This document shows, one piece after another, positions 36,393-49,808 of a stretch of DNA of 64,000 bases. The stretch's first letter is position 1. The number at the start of each line of letters is the position of its first letter. Location: assembly GCF_032062105.1 (NCBI RefSeq), contig NW_026931262.1, forward strand, positions 124,001-188,000, written 5' to 3'. The position numbers and the translations under genes were made by a program. The notes below the pieces were generated by a model, which made no database searches, was not told where the DNA came from, and saw only the letters and a list, made by a program, of their open reading frames with translations. The DNA is from Saccostrea cucullata. Its lineage: Eukaryota.

Positions 36393-37024
36393 TGGCTGCT
36401 GCAATGTTACTGGATGCTGAAAAATAGATTACAATATGTATCAAATATATAAGTTTCATTTTAAGATTGGGTCAAAAATTTATTAAGATTATCACTATAG
36501 GAAATCGTTAAGCTAAAAAAATGGATACCAATTGCAATCGACTGATTTGGTGATGGTGACAGTCTTCCTTCAAGGTTGGAAGGCGTAGCTCCAAAGAAAT
36601 CAGCTGAACCAGGGGTGCTGGAAACTGGCACAGGTGTAAGGAATGTTCCAGCTCTCCTTGGGGTAGGGGGGTCCATGAACTCTGTGGTATTCGCAGGTAC
36701 TTGTCTCATGTTCCTCACTATTATATTAACAAAAATGAACAGCTTGAGAATTTCACTCAGTGAATCAAGAAGTATACATGTATATAAATATAAAAGAATG
36801 GAGTTGGGTTCTTGGAAAAGTCTGTGGATTTTTGATGAGAAGAGGTTAGTATTAATCAGGAAAAGAGGGTACAGACAGTATATTTTGAAGCAGTTAGATT
36901 CATAATGTGAATTTGAGCTTACTTGAATCCTGCTGTCGTGGACAGCTACCCTGGGACTGGTTGGACAGGATGTCATTGAGGGAGACTGAGCTGGAGGACC
37001 AGTCAGATTTGACATCTCCTGACC
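36393..37024 (-). CDS. Three internal exons of an unidentified Ser/Pro/Thr-rich protein gene
   Basis: 36923-37024, 36529-36717 and 36393-36416 have AG/GT boundaries, all phase 1, and join without stops. Confidence 0.5.
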
Positions 37025-37075
37025 CTAATACATGTAAAACAACTGTATAACCATGCCTAAATTCATTAGAACACA

Positions 37076-37196
37076 TTTTTAGGTCACCTGAGTAAACTCA
37101 GGTGACCTATTGCTATCCGTTTTCGTCCGTCGTCGTGCGTTGTGCGTTGTGCGTTAACATTTGAACATTTTCAGCTTCTTCTCTGCAACCACTGAA

Positions 37197-37227
<31 letters not shown>

Positions 37228-37473
37228 TATGGGTGAAGGGGAACAAAAATTGTGAATTTCATGATCCCTGCCCCCCAGGGCCCTGAGGGGTGGGGCCAAA
37301 ACCACTAAAATTAATGCAATCTTTAAAAATCTTCTTCTTTACTCCTGGGCATCAAGCAGTCCAACTGTTTGCATGATTGTAATCAGCAATGAGTCCTCTA
37401 CCAAAATTGTGAAATTCATGGCCCTGGGGTCAGGGGTTCTAGTGCTAGGGCAGGGCTAAATAAGTAGGTAGTG

Positions 37474-37507
<34 letters not shown>

Positions 37508-37809
37508 GCTCCTGGGTATTAAATAAACTAACTAAGTACATAGTTATGATGAGCAAGAGTGCCTCTACCAAAATTGTGAATTTTATGGCCCCAGGGTCAG
37601 GGGTTCTGGTGTTAGGGTGGGGCTCTATTGATTATATAGTGAAAATACAGGAATTCTTTGAAAATCTTCTTCTCTGCTCCTGGGTATTAAATAAACTAAC
37701 TAAGTGCCTAGTTATGGTGAGCAAGAGTGCCTCTACCAAAATTGTGAATTTTATGGCCCCAGGATTAGGGGTTCTGGTATTAGGGGGGGGCTCTATAGAT
37801 TATATAGTG

Positions 37810-37843
<34 letters not shown>

Positions 37844-38750
37844 GCTCCTGGGTATTAAATACACTAACTAAGTGCATAGTTATGATGAGCAAGAGTGCCT
37901 CTACCAAAATTGTGAATTTTATGGCCCCAGGGTCAGGGGTTCTAGTGCTATGGGGGGGGGGGCTCTATAGATTATGTAGTTAAAATACATGAATTCTTTG
38001 AAAATCTTCTTCTCTGCTCCTGGGTATTAAATAAACTAACTAAGTGCATAGTTATGATGAAGAAGAGTGCCTCAACCAAAATTGTGAATTTTATGGCCCC
38101 AGAGTCAGGGGTTCTGGTGTTAGGGTGGGGCTCTATTGATTATATAGTGAAAATACAGGAATTCTTTGAAAATCTTCTTCTCTGCTCCTGGGTATTAAAT
38201 AAACTAACTAAGTGCATAGTTATGATGAGCAAGAGTGCCTCTAGCAAAATTATGAATTTTATGGCCCCAGGGTCAGGGGTTTTGGTGTTAGGGCGGGGCT
38301 CTATAGATTATATAGTGAAAATTCATTTAATCTTTAAAAATTTTCTTCTCTGCTCTAGGGTATTAAGCAGATGAACTACCTATATAGTTATGATCTACAA
38401 GGGCCCTAATCTTCCAGAATTGTGAATTTCAAGGCCCCAGGGTCAGGGGTACCATGGGGGGGGGTGTACTTATATACTGAAAATGAATGAATGGTTTGAA
38501 ATCTGCTCCTTGGTATTAATCAAATATCAAGGCCTAAGGGTCAGGGGTTCATGTGTGGTAGGGGCACTACTGATTATTGCTGAATATAACTGATTAGTTG
38601 AAATGCATTTTTGTTCCCCTACCTTGTGTATGGGTATTAAGTAAACAAACTAAGCAACTGCTAAGTGTATTGTTATGATGAATTAAATTTAATCACTGGA
38701 AAGTTGTTGCATAATGCTCAGGTGACCTATAAGGCCCATGGGCCTCTTGT
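37076..38750 (+). mobile_element. Helitron/Helentron-type element with 168-bp satellite
   Basis: TTTTTAGGTCACCTGAG...CTCAGGTGACCT 5' IR, microsatellite, 168-bp units, 3' ctcaggtgacc plus hairpin aggcccatgggcct. Confidence 0.9.
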
Positions 38751-39436
38751 CTGTATAGGTTATTACTAGTTATTACCAATATTATCACCTACCTGTTTTC
38801 TTGTTTCCAGACCAGCCCTTTCCTCCTCTGCAAAGACCAAAGCTCCACAACAAGCTGCTCTCTCTTGATGATAAACAAGGTTTTTTTCCACCTGAGCCTC
38901 CTAAGGTAATCAGAGTCCCAGTTTATGGCAAACTTACAAGGTCCAACCTTCCAAAAGCCTCAGACCCAGAAATGCAAAGGATCTTTGATTCTTCTCTTCA
39001 TGGGATCAAAATTGATCCGTCAATAAATGTCAATGGAGTTGGAAAGCAACCTTTGAGAAAGCCCCATTTGGCTAAGCCTAATCAATAAAATGGGATGAGC
39101 CAAAAGCCTGTTGATGATGTGAATGGAGATCCACTGAAAATCCAATCTGTCACTTTCAGTGAACTTATTAAAGTTATGGAGCCTCATATATTAGCTTATC
39201 ATTCCATGCAGAATGATAATGTTACGGAGACCAAAACCGAGACTCCAGCTAAGAAATCCCGTATTACAGCTGAGAAATCCCGTATTACAGCTGAGAAATC
39301 CCGTATTACAGCTGAGAAATCCCGTATTACAACTTAGAAATCCCATATTCCGGCTGAGAAATCCACTGATGATAGGAAGACAGCCGCTACCCAAAAGGAT
39401 GAGTAAGTCGATTTGTACACTACACTTAATGTTAAT

Positions 39437-40277
39437 TTTTTAGCTTTACTGGTCAGAGACCAGAAGAGCTTATGCGATAGTAAGTTGTCCGTCGTCCGTC
39501 CGTCTGTCTGTCTGTCTGTCCGTCTGTCTGTAAACAATTTTTCAAAATGCTACTCCTCCTACAGTTTTGGTCTGATTTTAATATAACTTGGCACACAAGT
39601 ATACTACACTAAGATACATAAAATAGTGCATCGGATTTTGATTTCGATGAACGGTGTTGCCATCGTTACTAAAAATAGAATTTTCTGTGAAATTCCTTTA
39701 AAACGCTACTCCTTCTACAGTTTCGGTCTGATTTCAATATAACTTGTCGCACAAGTAGACTACACTAAGATACATAGAATAGTGCATCGGTTTTTGATTT
39801 CGATGAATAGTGTTGCCATGGTTACTAAAGATAGAATTTTCTCTGAAATTCCTTTAAAACGCTACTCCTTCTACAGTTTTGGTCTGATTTCAATATAACT
39901 TGTCGCACAAGTAGACTACACTAAGATACATAGAATAGTGCATCGGTTTTTGATTTTGATGAATAGTGTTGCCATGGTTACTAAAGATTGAATTTTCTCT
40001 GAAATTCCTTTAAAACGCTACTCCTTCTACAGTTTTGGTCTGATTTCAATATAACTTGTCGCACAAGTAGACTATACTAAGATACATAGAATAGTGCATC
40101 GGTTTTTGATTTCGATGAATAGTGTTGCCATGGTTACTAAAGATTGAATTTTCTCTGAAATTCCTTTAAAAAGCTACTCCTTCTACAGTTTTGGTCTGAT
40201 GGCAATGGCTTCTTTTCTCATCCTTTGTTATAAGTACAAACCAGTAGAGCTACAGTCTCGACAGAGACTTCTGGTTT
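39437..40277 (+). mobile_element. Complete Helitron/Helentron-type element with 156-bp repeats
   Basis: TTTTTAGCTTTACTGGTCAGAGACCAGAAGAGCT head, (GTCT/GTCC)n, about four 156-bp units, ccagtagagct IR and terminal hairpin. Confidence 0.9.
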
Positions 40278-41046
40278 CCCTTAATTTAAGTAAAGTAAAA
40301 TGTGTACCATTAACTACTAAGGACTGTAAATTTCAATTCAGTATATATAATTTCATGTTTGGTAAATCATTATAGGGTCACAGAGTTCTTGGATAAATTT
40401 GCTCCAAAGAAGTAAGAAGCTGATATTGAAAAGCTGAGACTGGAAGCCAAAGACAGCAACAAGCTGATGCTGAAAATCCAGGAGGGAATAAGGCTAAGGC
40501 TCCTGAAGGTGGAGGACTGTCAGAAGCAGCTAGATAAAATGAAGAAGTACTACCAGGATCTAACTGCAAGGAAGGACCTCCAAGTCGAGAGGATCAGCTC
40601 CATGGAGCAGGCTGCTAGAAATGCTGGCTGTCTGGATCAGGTGGAACCAGTCATACAGAAGGACGTCCACTTTTACAAGAGGCTTGTAGAGCAGGAGGCC
40701 ATTGTCTGTCATCATATCAATATGCTGGAGGCTGACTTTGATGCAATGAAGGCCTTGGCAGGAATATCAACTAGAACAAAGCCAAAAATCTTAAGACCTA
40801 AGCCAGACCCAATGATCCCAATTCTGAATATTCCTAAACAGGAAGGACTTACTGGCCTGCACCGTGGTAAGATGCAAGGAAACAGGCTATGTAGGAAAAT
40901 CCCACCTGCTGTGATGAAAGTAGAGGTGCCATTTGATTATCACGGAGTTGTGCTGGACCAGGGAACGTCAACGTGCAACCCCCCAAAGCTCTGGATAAAA
41001 AATACAATTAACTATAGTAATGTAAAAATACTGGATAAAAATACAA

Positions 41047-41149
41047 CAATCTGATTAAAATCAGATCCTTTGATCCGCTCACATAGATCGCTACACAAGG
41101 TAAGGCGATCTACGTGAGCGAATCAAAGAATCTGATTTTAATCAGATTG
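41047..41149. mobile_element. 103-bp palindromic MITE with 9-bp TSD AAAATACAA
   Basis: caatctgattaaaatcag...ctgattttaatcagattg. TSD at 41038-41046 and 41150-41158. Confidence 0.85.
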
Positions 41150-43981
41150 AAAATACAATTGACTGTAGTAATGTAAAAATAACAGATAAAAATACAATTA
41201 ATGATAGTGATATACATTATTGAAGGGAGTTTGTGATCTAGTCACTCCTCCTGTAGAGATTCATCCTGTTTGGAAGAAGGGCTGCCCCTGTCATCTTGGC
41301 TCGGAGTCTGGCATTGCTCTGTTCAGTAGCATCTTAGATTTTTGGTCCTATCTCCTTCTGACCACAGATTATTGGTACAACACCTTCTTTTGGCTTTCCT
41401 GGCTTCTTGATTGTGTTGGCATACTCAGTGCCAGGTTTCTTAGTGGTCATCTTGTTGCTGTTCTTCATATCAGGACCTCTGGCAGTATTTCCTTTTTTAT
41501 AAGTTTTAAATTAGCAGCATTCCAAGGTTATACTAGTCTTTTTGAAGTTGATGCTTTTAAAATGCTGAAGGGAGATATGATTTGAAATGTATTTTTGTAT
41601 CGGTTTTAAATTAACTTTGTGAACAGCAACTTTTCTACCATAACTGTTTTATAAGTCATTGGAAATGTGTTGCATATTTTGAGAGAATTTTGGCCTGACA
41701 TCTCTTTTTTCATATTTAGATATATTTAATTAGTGCAATATGTATTATATATGAACTGCCATCTACCCTACCTTTCAAACTGAGTGTGAATATTTTTAAG
41801 TTTTTGTACAAGCCTGTTTGAACTTGAAATATTTTTTACAAACTTGCCATTTTTATAAATGTTCATAAATACCAAATGCCATTTAATTTGTATACTCCAT
41901 TAGAACGTTGTATGTTATGTGCCAAAGAAAATTTAACTCTTAGAGTCAGCTTGTGCTGAAAGCAGTAGCTAAATCTCATTGTTATATTTTTTTACGTAAA
42001 TACTCAGTATGCTGTGTCTGATATAGTGCTCTCATGGACAAAATCCATCTTTTTTTTTTTTTTTGCACCTTTATTTTTTTGTTTTTAAGTTTTTACATTG
42101 TGTTTAATTTCTTTTTTATTTTTTTCCTTCAGTTTTCATTTAATTTTTGTTTGATAATCAATGATTGTTAACCATTGTTAAATGCAGTATAAGTTCTTGA
42201 GTCTTTTTCAAGTGAAAAAAAAATCCCTCTTACAGTTAAATGTTGCACTGATTGTAATGAGTTTTGAATGTATATTTTTTGAGAGCCAGTTTTTATGTCA
42301 CTCACAGAGCCATATTTACATGTTTTTTTAGTTTATCTTCTGTCTTACTACATGTCTCCTATCACCTTTGTCAAACTACTCTACAAGGGGGTCGGAGGGA
42401 GGTGGGTTGGGCAGTCTGGTCAGGGAGGGGGATTTTGGTGTTTCTATGGTCACAGAGTAATAACTGGAGAGATAGATCAAAGGTTATTACTCTACACAGC
42501 TGCTGGTTAAGGTTAAAGTTGTTTTTTTTTTGGATGTTAAAGATAAGGATTAGCCACACCTCTTTTTTTTTTTGCATTGTTAGGGATCACAAAACCCTAA
42601 CAATGCCCGTCTTCTTTGTTAGGCAATAGCTGTTTGGGGTGTATAAGTGTAGGTCTGTGTGGGGTGGGGGTGGTGAGGAGAGGGTGCCTGCATGAGGGTA
42701 GGGGTAATGGGGGCATCTTCTCCGCCCTGGTTGAGGCATGCAGCTCAACCCTGCATGCTTCACATCTGGCTGATGCAGCAAACAGTTGTGTCTGCCTTCA
42801 CTTCATGTCTTTGGACCAGTTTGTTAAGGATTAGCCATACTCTTACTTCTAGGGTGGCAGTCGAATACACAGCGACTGTCACCCCCTGTCTTCGTTAGGC
42901 TGGGAAGGGGGGAGAAAGGTTGAGGAAGGGGGTGGGGGGTCATTTTTGATAGGTATTTAGCCATCAAGAGGTCTTCCCCCATCAATCACATTTGGCAGAG
43001 TCCTGCGAGATGTGTTTGAAGGGGGAAGACCTCTTGATGAGCTGGGTGGGGGGAGGAGATAGATAGGTATAGTCTGAGAGAGAGATGGAGGGCTTTATCT
43101 CTAAATTTTCCTCAACTGAGCTGGGAGGGGGATGGATGGATGGGTTAAGGGAGGGGGTGTGGGTAGAAAGGGAGGGGAGGGGGCTGGGGGAGGGATTCAA
43201 ATATTCAAACCTCTGGGGATCAAACTTAGCACAACTAGAGTACTCCACAATATCTCATTTTATTATTATTATCTAAATTTTTTTCTTTATTTTATGAAAT
43301 TTATGGATTGCATCTCAAGAAGTCAAAGGTGACAATTTTTTCAGAAAGCTTGTTTAATAAAAAAAAAAAATCAAAACAAACCCTAACAATATAATATTAT
43401 ACAATTGTTAATATAATATATTGATTTTACTTCATGAAATGCAGGAATATTTATGCTTCATATAATGTTAATTTTACAGTCCTTTCTTACAATAGCTTCA
43501 CTATAATTGTGACATACATGTACATGTTTCAGCATGACAATTTTTATGTCATTGATTATCTATCTTTTATTTATTTATTTTTATTTGTGCAATATTTTGT
43601 TCAAACATTTTTTATTTGTTCAACATTTCTTTTCCTTGTTTTAAACTGGTGTTTATTTAGACTAGTGCTGCTGACTAAGATATGTTGATACTTAATAAAT
43701 TCATAAGACAAGACTATTATATGTTGTTGTTATCATTGATTCAGATTGGGAAAAAGCAAAATAAAGTTTACATTGAATTTTAACCGCATTTTTTCAATAT
43801 CAAACAAAGTGGGTTTGGGCAACAGTCACTCCTATAACAACGTGTTAAAACCCAAACTATAATACATGTACATAGAGGATATTCAATGTTTTGTATCATA
43901 TGATTTCAGATTGGGATTTTTTATATTTTCAAGCAAAATAAAGTTTACATTGAATCCATTTAACAAAACATTGAATTTTCT

Positions 43982-44298
43982 ATTTATTACATTTTTTTAA
44001 AAAAAATTCTGATTTTTCCTTTGCATAATACAGTCATAACAAAGTGTCATAGCTAAGTGAGATCAAAACACTGTAAACATGGATTTAGCAACATATTTTT
44101 GGTAATTTTGACAGTTTTATTCGCTGTCAGAATGGTTTATTTATTTTCAACTTATACCCAAGATTTTTTTATAGCAATCTTCATTACATTCGTCACACTG
44201 TGACAGGATATCATTTTGATATCCTTTCACACTGTGACAGGATATCATTTTTATTCAATGAATAAATTACAGTATTTCACGTGTAAAAATGTAATAAA
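43982..44298. mobile_element. Degenerate Crypton-like non-autonomous element
   Basis: tttattacatt...aatgtaataaa inverted ends. Internal duplicated tcacactgtgacaggatatcatttt. Confidence 0.4.
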
Positions 44299-44732
44299 GA
44301 TGTATATCAACTGAAGATAAACTGATATTTTTGAACAATGTATATAATTATACAGAATAATATGTACAACAAAATCAGAAATGATATGGGGCCTTATTAA
44401 AATATAATTTATGCATAGCAATAGCTGCAATATTATCTCTTAAGTATAAATCAAATCACACAAGCATCAACCTCCAAAGGAATCAATATAAATTAATCTT
44501 TAATTTGATAATACATGTTTTTATGTATTGATTGTCATGTTTCAATTTTAGAAACTTGAAAAAGCAATATCTAATTTATAATCAGTTCAAGTTATTCAAT
44601 TTTAATTTAGTTCACACTGAGAGGTGCTAAATAAACAATGTTTTACTTCTGAAATTTGAGCTCGACAGAAATGTTTTTTTTTTTTAAATAAGATTCAATT
44701 TAAAAATTTTGGGTAATGCTTAATTTGCGTTG

Positions 44733-44735
<3 letters not shown>

Positions 44736-44810
<75 letters not shown>
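44736..44810. repeat. (CT)n microsatellite
   Basis: Direct reading. Confidence 0.97.
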
Positions 44811-44812
<2 letters not shown>

Positions 44813-45279
44813 GCTTTTACAGAAATAACTACTATATATAAGTAGTTGGGTTTTTTTTTTCAAGAACTTCAAACTGAGCTGATTTCTTTACCGAATACTT
44901 TTATTATTTATGAAATAGTTTATTTGCATTTATCTTTTGTTCTTTGAAGTATTTTTGCATAATTTAAGATAGAACCTGCATAATATACTTAATGTACCTC
45001 CTGAGATCTTTTTTTTATTAGAGAGGAGCTCGAAAAAATTCTTAATGAATTGTCTGAATCACTAAAGGTTTAGTTTATATTAAGGACAGATCGATGATAC
45101 AAACTTTTATCCAGAAAGAAAAACTTGAAAATATAACACAAATTGAGCTATGTTTAAATTGATAAATTAAACTGCATAAATTTTCTGTACGGCTAATAAG
45201 CGTGAAACATGTGAAGGGGATAGCTGCAGAAAGATGAAATTTTGAACATTATAGAAATTTTACAATTTCTTATTTCAGA

Positions 45280-45996
45280 AAGGAGATGGGTGAACTTAGC
45301 GTGCAGAAAGCCCACTAGCTTCAGATATGTAAAATCATATTGTGAATTTAGTATTTAGAGTAAAGTTCTCATCATTGATTTTTATGAAATCATGATAAAC
45401 AAAAAGTTTTGAGGAAAATTTATCGTCAAAATTCTTTCATAAAAAAATAATAATGCGGTATCCACTGGGTTCGAACCCTGGCAATAAAAACCAGAGTTGT
45501 CTTCTCTATTGAGACTAGCACGCTAACCACTACGCTACACAAGTCCTGATAAAGTATGGGATTTAAATCATGTTTGTGATATGAACATTGACTTATGGGA
45601 CTTCAAGTATTTCTTGAAAAGATACGAAAGTTATGTCATAAAATTCTATTTTTAAAGTATAGTGGGTCTTTGCTCCATAATTTTGGAAACCAAAATATGT
45701 ATGTTTGTATGCAAACTTTGAGGATTAACTTTCAAAAAAATGGAGAGAAGACCCACTCATATCGAAAAATAGTGTCACAGTGTGAAAAAATGACTCGTTT
45801 TGTCCTCTTTCGTATGTGTATAATATTTCATAGGCAAATAACTTCAATCTTCATGAGATTTGTGCAAGTTGTAGAGGTTTAACATAGAGTTTACTTTAAT
45901 GTTAGATGAAATATTAATGGAAAATTTTGATATAATTGAGATTTAATTTTTCACCTTCATGTTGGCTTATCTCTCGTCATGTTCACCCGTCTCCTT
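45280..45996. mobile_element. Non-autonomous DNA transposon containing a tRNA-like segment
   Basis: TIRs aaggagatgggtgaac and gttcacccgtctcctt. Minus-strand A/B-box-like sequence at 45460-45540. A related end lies at ~1646. Confidence 0.65.
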
Positions 45997-46249
45997 TATT
46001 TTCCTAATAATTGTCCAATATAGCTCTAAAGAATTAAACATTTCAATCATTTTTTTTTTTTTTTTGGTTTGTTGGCTTGTTTGTTTTTAAACATGCATAT
46101 GTCCTTAATCAGATTATTTTCGATGAAGCCCTTTTAACTCAGTCAAACTAATTACCAGGCGTAATTTACTCTGCCATCATCTTAACTCTAGTGTAGAACG
46201 CACCCTTTGTTCGTGTTGATCCACGCCGCTGTTACAACAACGCAGAAAC

Positions 46250-46256
46250 ATATAAG
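46250..46256 (+). promoter_or_regulatory. Candidate TATA box of the A2M-like gene
   Basis: ATATAAG ~60 bp upstream of the gccATG at 46314. Confidence 0.4.
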
Positions 46257-46313
46257 TAGCTTTGAGTAATGACTAATGAATAGGCGACTATCCACTTTTC
46301 AGCAAGATTCGCC

Positions 46314-49300
46314 ATGCATCGGCTGTGTTGGGTTTGTGTTCTGTATTTCCTGAATGCAGTCCACAGTTTCCCGTAAGTACTGAATTTGAGCTTTATACAC
46401 GTAGTTTATGTTTATCGTCCTAATAGATGTGAAAAGATTAATTAAACACATAACTGTAAAATTTAGTCATTCTTTCAACAGGTCCAGCACAATACCCTGA
46501 TAAAGGTACACAGCTTGAGAAAGCTATATAACAAATACCTTGCTCAAGGTATTTTATGTAATGAAAATTCAAAAAAAATTCTTTTTAAAATTAGATACTG
46601 AAAGTCGAGTTCTGAGTTGTTGTCAGTGTGTCCACTCGTGCACGAAAACCACTCTGGTATCAAAAATACAGCATAAGAGAACGTCTCCTCACACGACATG
46701 CTTATATACTGATTTCTTTGTGTTTGAGTACTTTACATGCATGTATTGAGTGAATTTATTGGCAACTCAGAACTCGACTTTCAGTATTTAAATTTTTAAG
46801 ATTTTTTTTTTTTGGAATTTTCATTAAATAAAATACCTTGATCAAAGTATTTGTAGTACCTTGATAAAGCTATATAGCTTTATCAAGCTATATACCTTTA
46901 TCAGGGTTTTGTGCTGGACCCTTTCAATGCTATGATCCTTTATTTTCTTTGTTCCTATCCCCTGCAAGTATTTATTCCGAGCTTTAAATGTTATAAAGAA
47001 CTCCGGGAGTTTGGTTCTGTTCGTAGTAAAATTGCTTGATTTCCCGATCTGCCAATATATGCAGTAACAAACAGAAATCATACACAATACGTGAAACGCT
47101 AGATCATGATTGGTTTGTCACCTAACACCTCCCTTCTCCCCACCATGGCTTATAGCCCAAACGATTGAAAATAATGCACTGTAATTTATGAACGAAGTGT
47201 AATTTAAAGTAATAAATTAGAAATATGTGTCTTAAAAATAGTAATTTTATCGTACTATAATCTGATAATTGTGTGACATGAAGACGCTTAGGTGTTTAGT
47301 AATTTTCAACATTGCTGCATGTTTTTCTGACACAAAATATGATTTATTTTGACAAATTATAGCTGGTACAGGAGTCCATGTAATCCAAAGTTTAAATTTG
47401 AGAACGTAAAAGATGATGAAAATGAAAAAAATATATATATTCTTCTTAAGGAATTTTTAAATAGTTAAGTTCGATTTCTTTTTAAATTATCCTATCATGC
47501 AGGTAGCCCACAGAGAAATCCTTTGATGATATTTGAATTTTTGGGGAGTAGGGGTGGGGGTTATTTTTTAACATAATGTACATGTATTGTCAATATATCA
47601 TTGAAATCGAGTACAAGTTCTTATAACTTACAATGTCCTCTACAATTGAACTACACGTATTCCTTCATGCATATGTTTCTACATTATTACATGTATAGTG
47701 ATAACTGAAAGCTCCGGTTCTTTTTTATTTTGATGAGCAATATTCTACACTCTCTTTTTACGAAAAACATGTTACTTTGAGACCTCGAAAATAACAACTT
47801 TTACAAAACTGGTATCTGGAGCCATAAAACTAAGACGAGCTCATTTTTAATCCCATTGAGTCTTTCTTTTCCATTATGTATCCCTTTTGAAAAAGCGAGA
47901 CTAAGATCATAAGTGAGATTGTCTTAGTTTTATGGCACCGGGGCCAGAACCATTTTTGGGTTCTTGCATAAGTTATTAAGAGGTAAGAGGACGAAATGGA
48001 ATTTTAAAAAAGAGTTTTCATAGAGGGAAATTAATTCGGAATTGTTGTCTTTGATCCTCAGTTCTAACAAACTGGGTGTTATCATGTTGCTACACAGGCA
48101 TACATGTAGATGTAGCTATTGTGAAGATTTCGCGGAGCATTATGAAAGAAAACGATTTCTGCAAGAGAGATGATTGTATCAGTATATAGCGAAAGAAATA
48201 TATGTCATATTAGCTTTTTTTTTAAATGTGTCATACTTTGTACAAATTAGTAAATAGCCTAACTACATTAATAAACATCTTGCGGGCAGAGTGTACATGA
48301 CAGTCGACTTAAATTTTTGGTGAGGTTAATATGACTCAAGAAGGAATTTGACCGAATATAGAACAATCTTATATGTCGGAAAATGACCACTTAAAATTGT
48401 ATTACGTAAGCTTTTTAATTTCCACCCCAGCTGGAAAAAATGAAGAGCCGAATTTCCTATTTGTCAAGTTTTTAAGAGGCATTCGTGATTTACAGACTTC
48501 TTTTTCGAGTGTGTGAATCCTCGAGTATTCCTACATCAACATGTAAATAAAGTTAATAGGGATTTGGGACACTTCTATCAGTGCACGAGCACCGAACAGC
48601 CTGGACACTTCTATCAGACCACGTAGTCCCGGTCACTTCTACCAGAATACGAACAAAGAAGCGGTTCTGACTTTTCTTTCAGAACACGATCGACGAAACT
48701 GTTCTACACTCTCTTATAATTGAACACGAGCAAAGAATAAGGTTCACTTTTGCCTTATTTGGCCCTGTGAATTTCTGAAAAACTGAAACTGCATAGTTTT
48801 AGTCAACAATACATTAAATATCACTTCGATCTTTAGTGAATGCGTATCTATAAAAAATGACGTCATTTTCTGGCTAGTCAATGCATTATGACGTCACAAA
48901 ATGCGTCAATTTCCTCATATTCTCAAAAATACTACAAAACGGCCAATTTTTAAAGCTAGTTTTTGATATCTAATATAGAGCGCAACCTCTGATCTAAAAT
49001 ATGCAACTAGTAAATTATAGAACTGTTTCTGAGGTTTAAAAGACGTGTTTTATTTTTTTGAGATCAGAGAGTGCGCTCATATTATATTTCTTCACTGAAA
49101 ATACTCAATTATACCTGTTTACCTAAAAATTCAAGAACATTACAATTTCATAAAGCCAGTTCTCCTAGACCTGGACTTATAGAAGAAAATTTTTAATAGG
49201 ATATGAAAGCACCAAGTCTCTATTTTATTTTAATGCTTCAAATAGAAAATCAAGTGTTGATCAATTAATTGGTATATCTACAGGGCCATTTTATGCATAA

Positions 49301-49775
49301 AGTGAACCGACTTCTTTTAGATGCGGTTCTGAAGAAAGAGGTATCAGTGAAATAATTACAATGTAGCTATATTGTGACCCTTTGAACTGCCCCTTAGTGT
49401 TTCATAGATCTGCATGTTTTTCTTTACTTAATTTTTAAGTTTTGGGGATTTTTTGACCATGTCATATAATCAATATCTCCTATTCAAGACGATGTACAAA
49501 CGTGATCAATAGTACCAGAGATACAAAAACACAAAATTTAACTTTCTGCGGCATAAATTATGCAAACATTTTTTTTTTCAAATATGGAAATGCTGCTATT
49601 AACTTCAGCAAAAACAGTAATTATGCAAAAGTAATCAGTTCGATTCCTTTATCTTCGAGCGTTACAGCTCTGCAAACACGAGTGCAAGTACTAGCAAATA
49701 CAAATACATGTAAGGAGGTTTACAAGAGAATGAAATAATCCATATGTAAACACAATCAAAAGCAATCACTCAATC

Positions 49776-49808
<33 letters not shown>

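Larger units (their letters stand above)
38811..41200 (+). pseudogene. Two-exon remnant of an unidentified coiled-coil protein gene
   Basis: Exons 38811-39402 and 40376-~41200 join in phase (GA|gtaagt...tatag|G). In-frame stops at 39086, 39335 and 40413. MITE insertion at 41047. Confidence 0.6.

Noticed and set aside
37471-38374. 170-aa and 106-aa repetitive ORFs
   Set aside because: Read-through of a 168-bp (multiple of 3) satellite.
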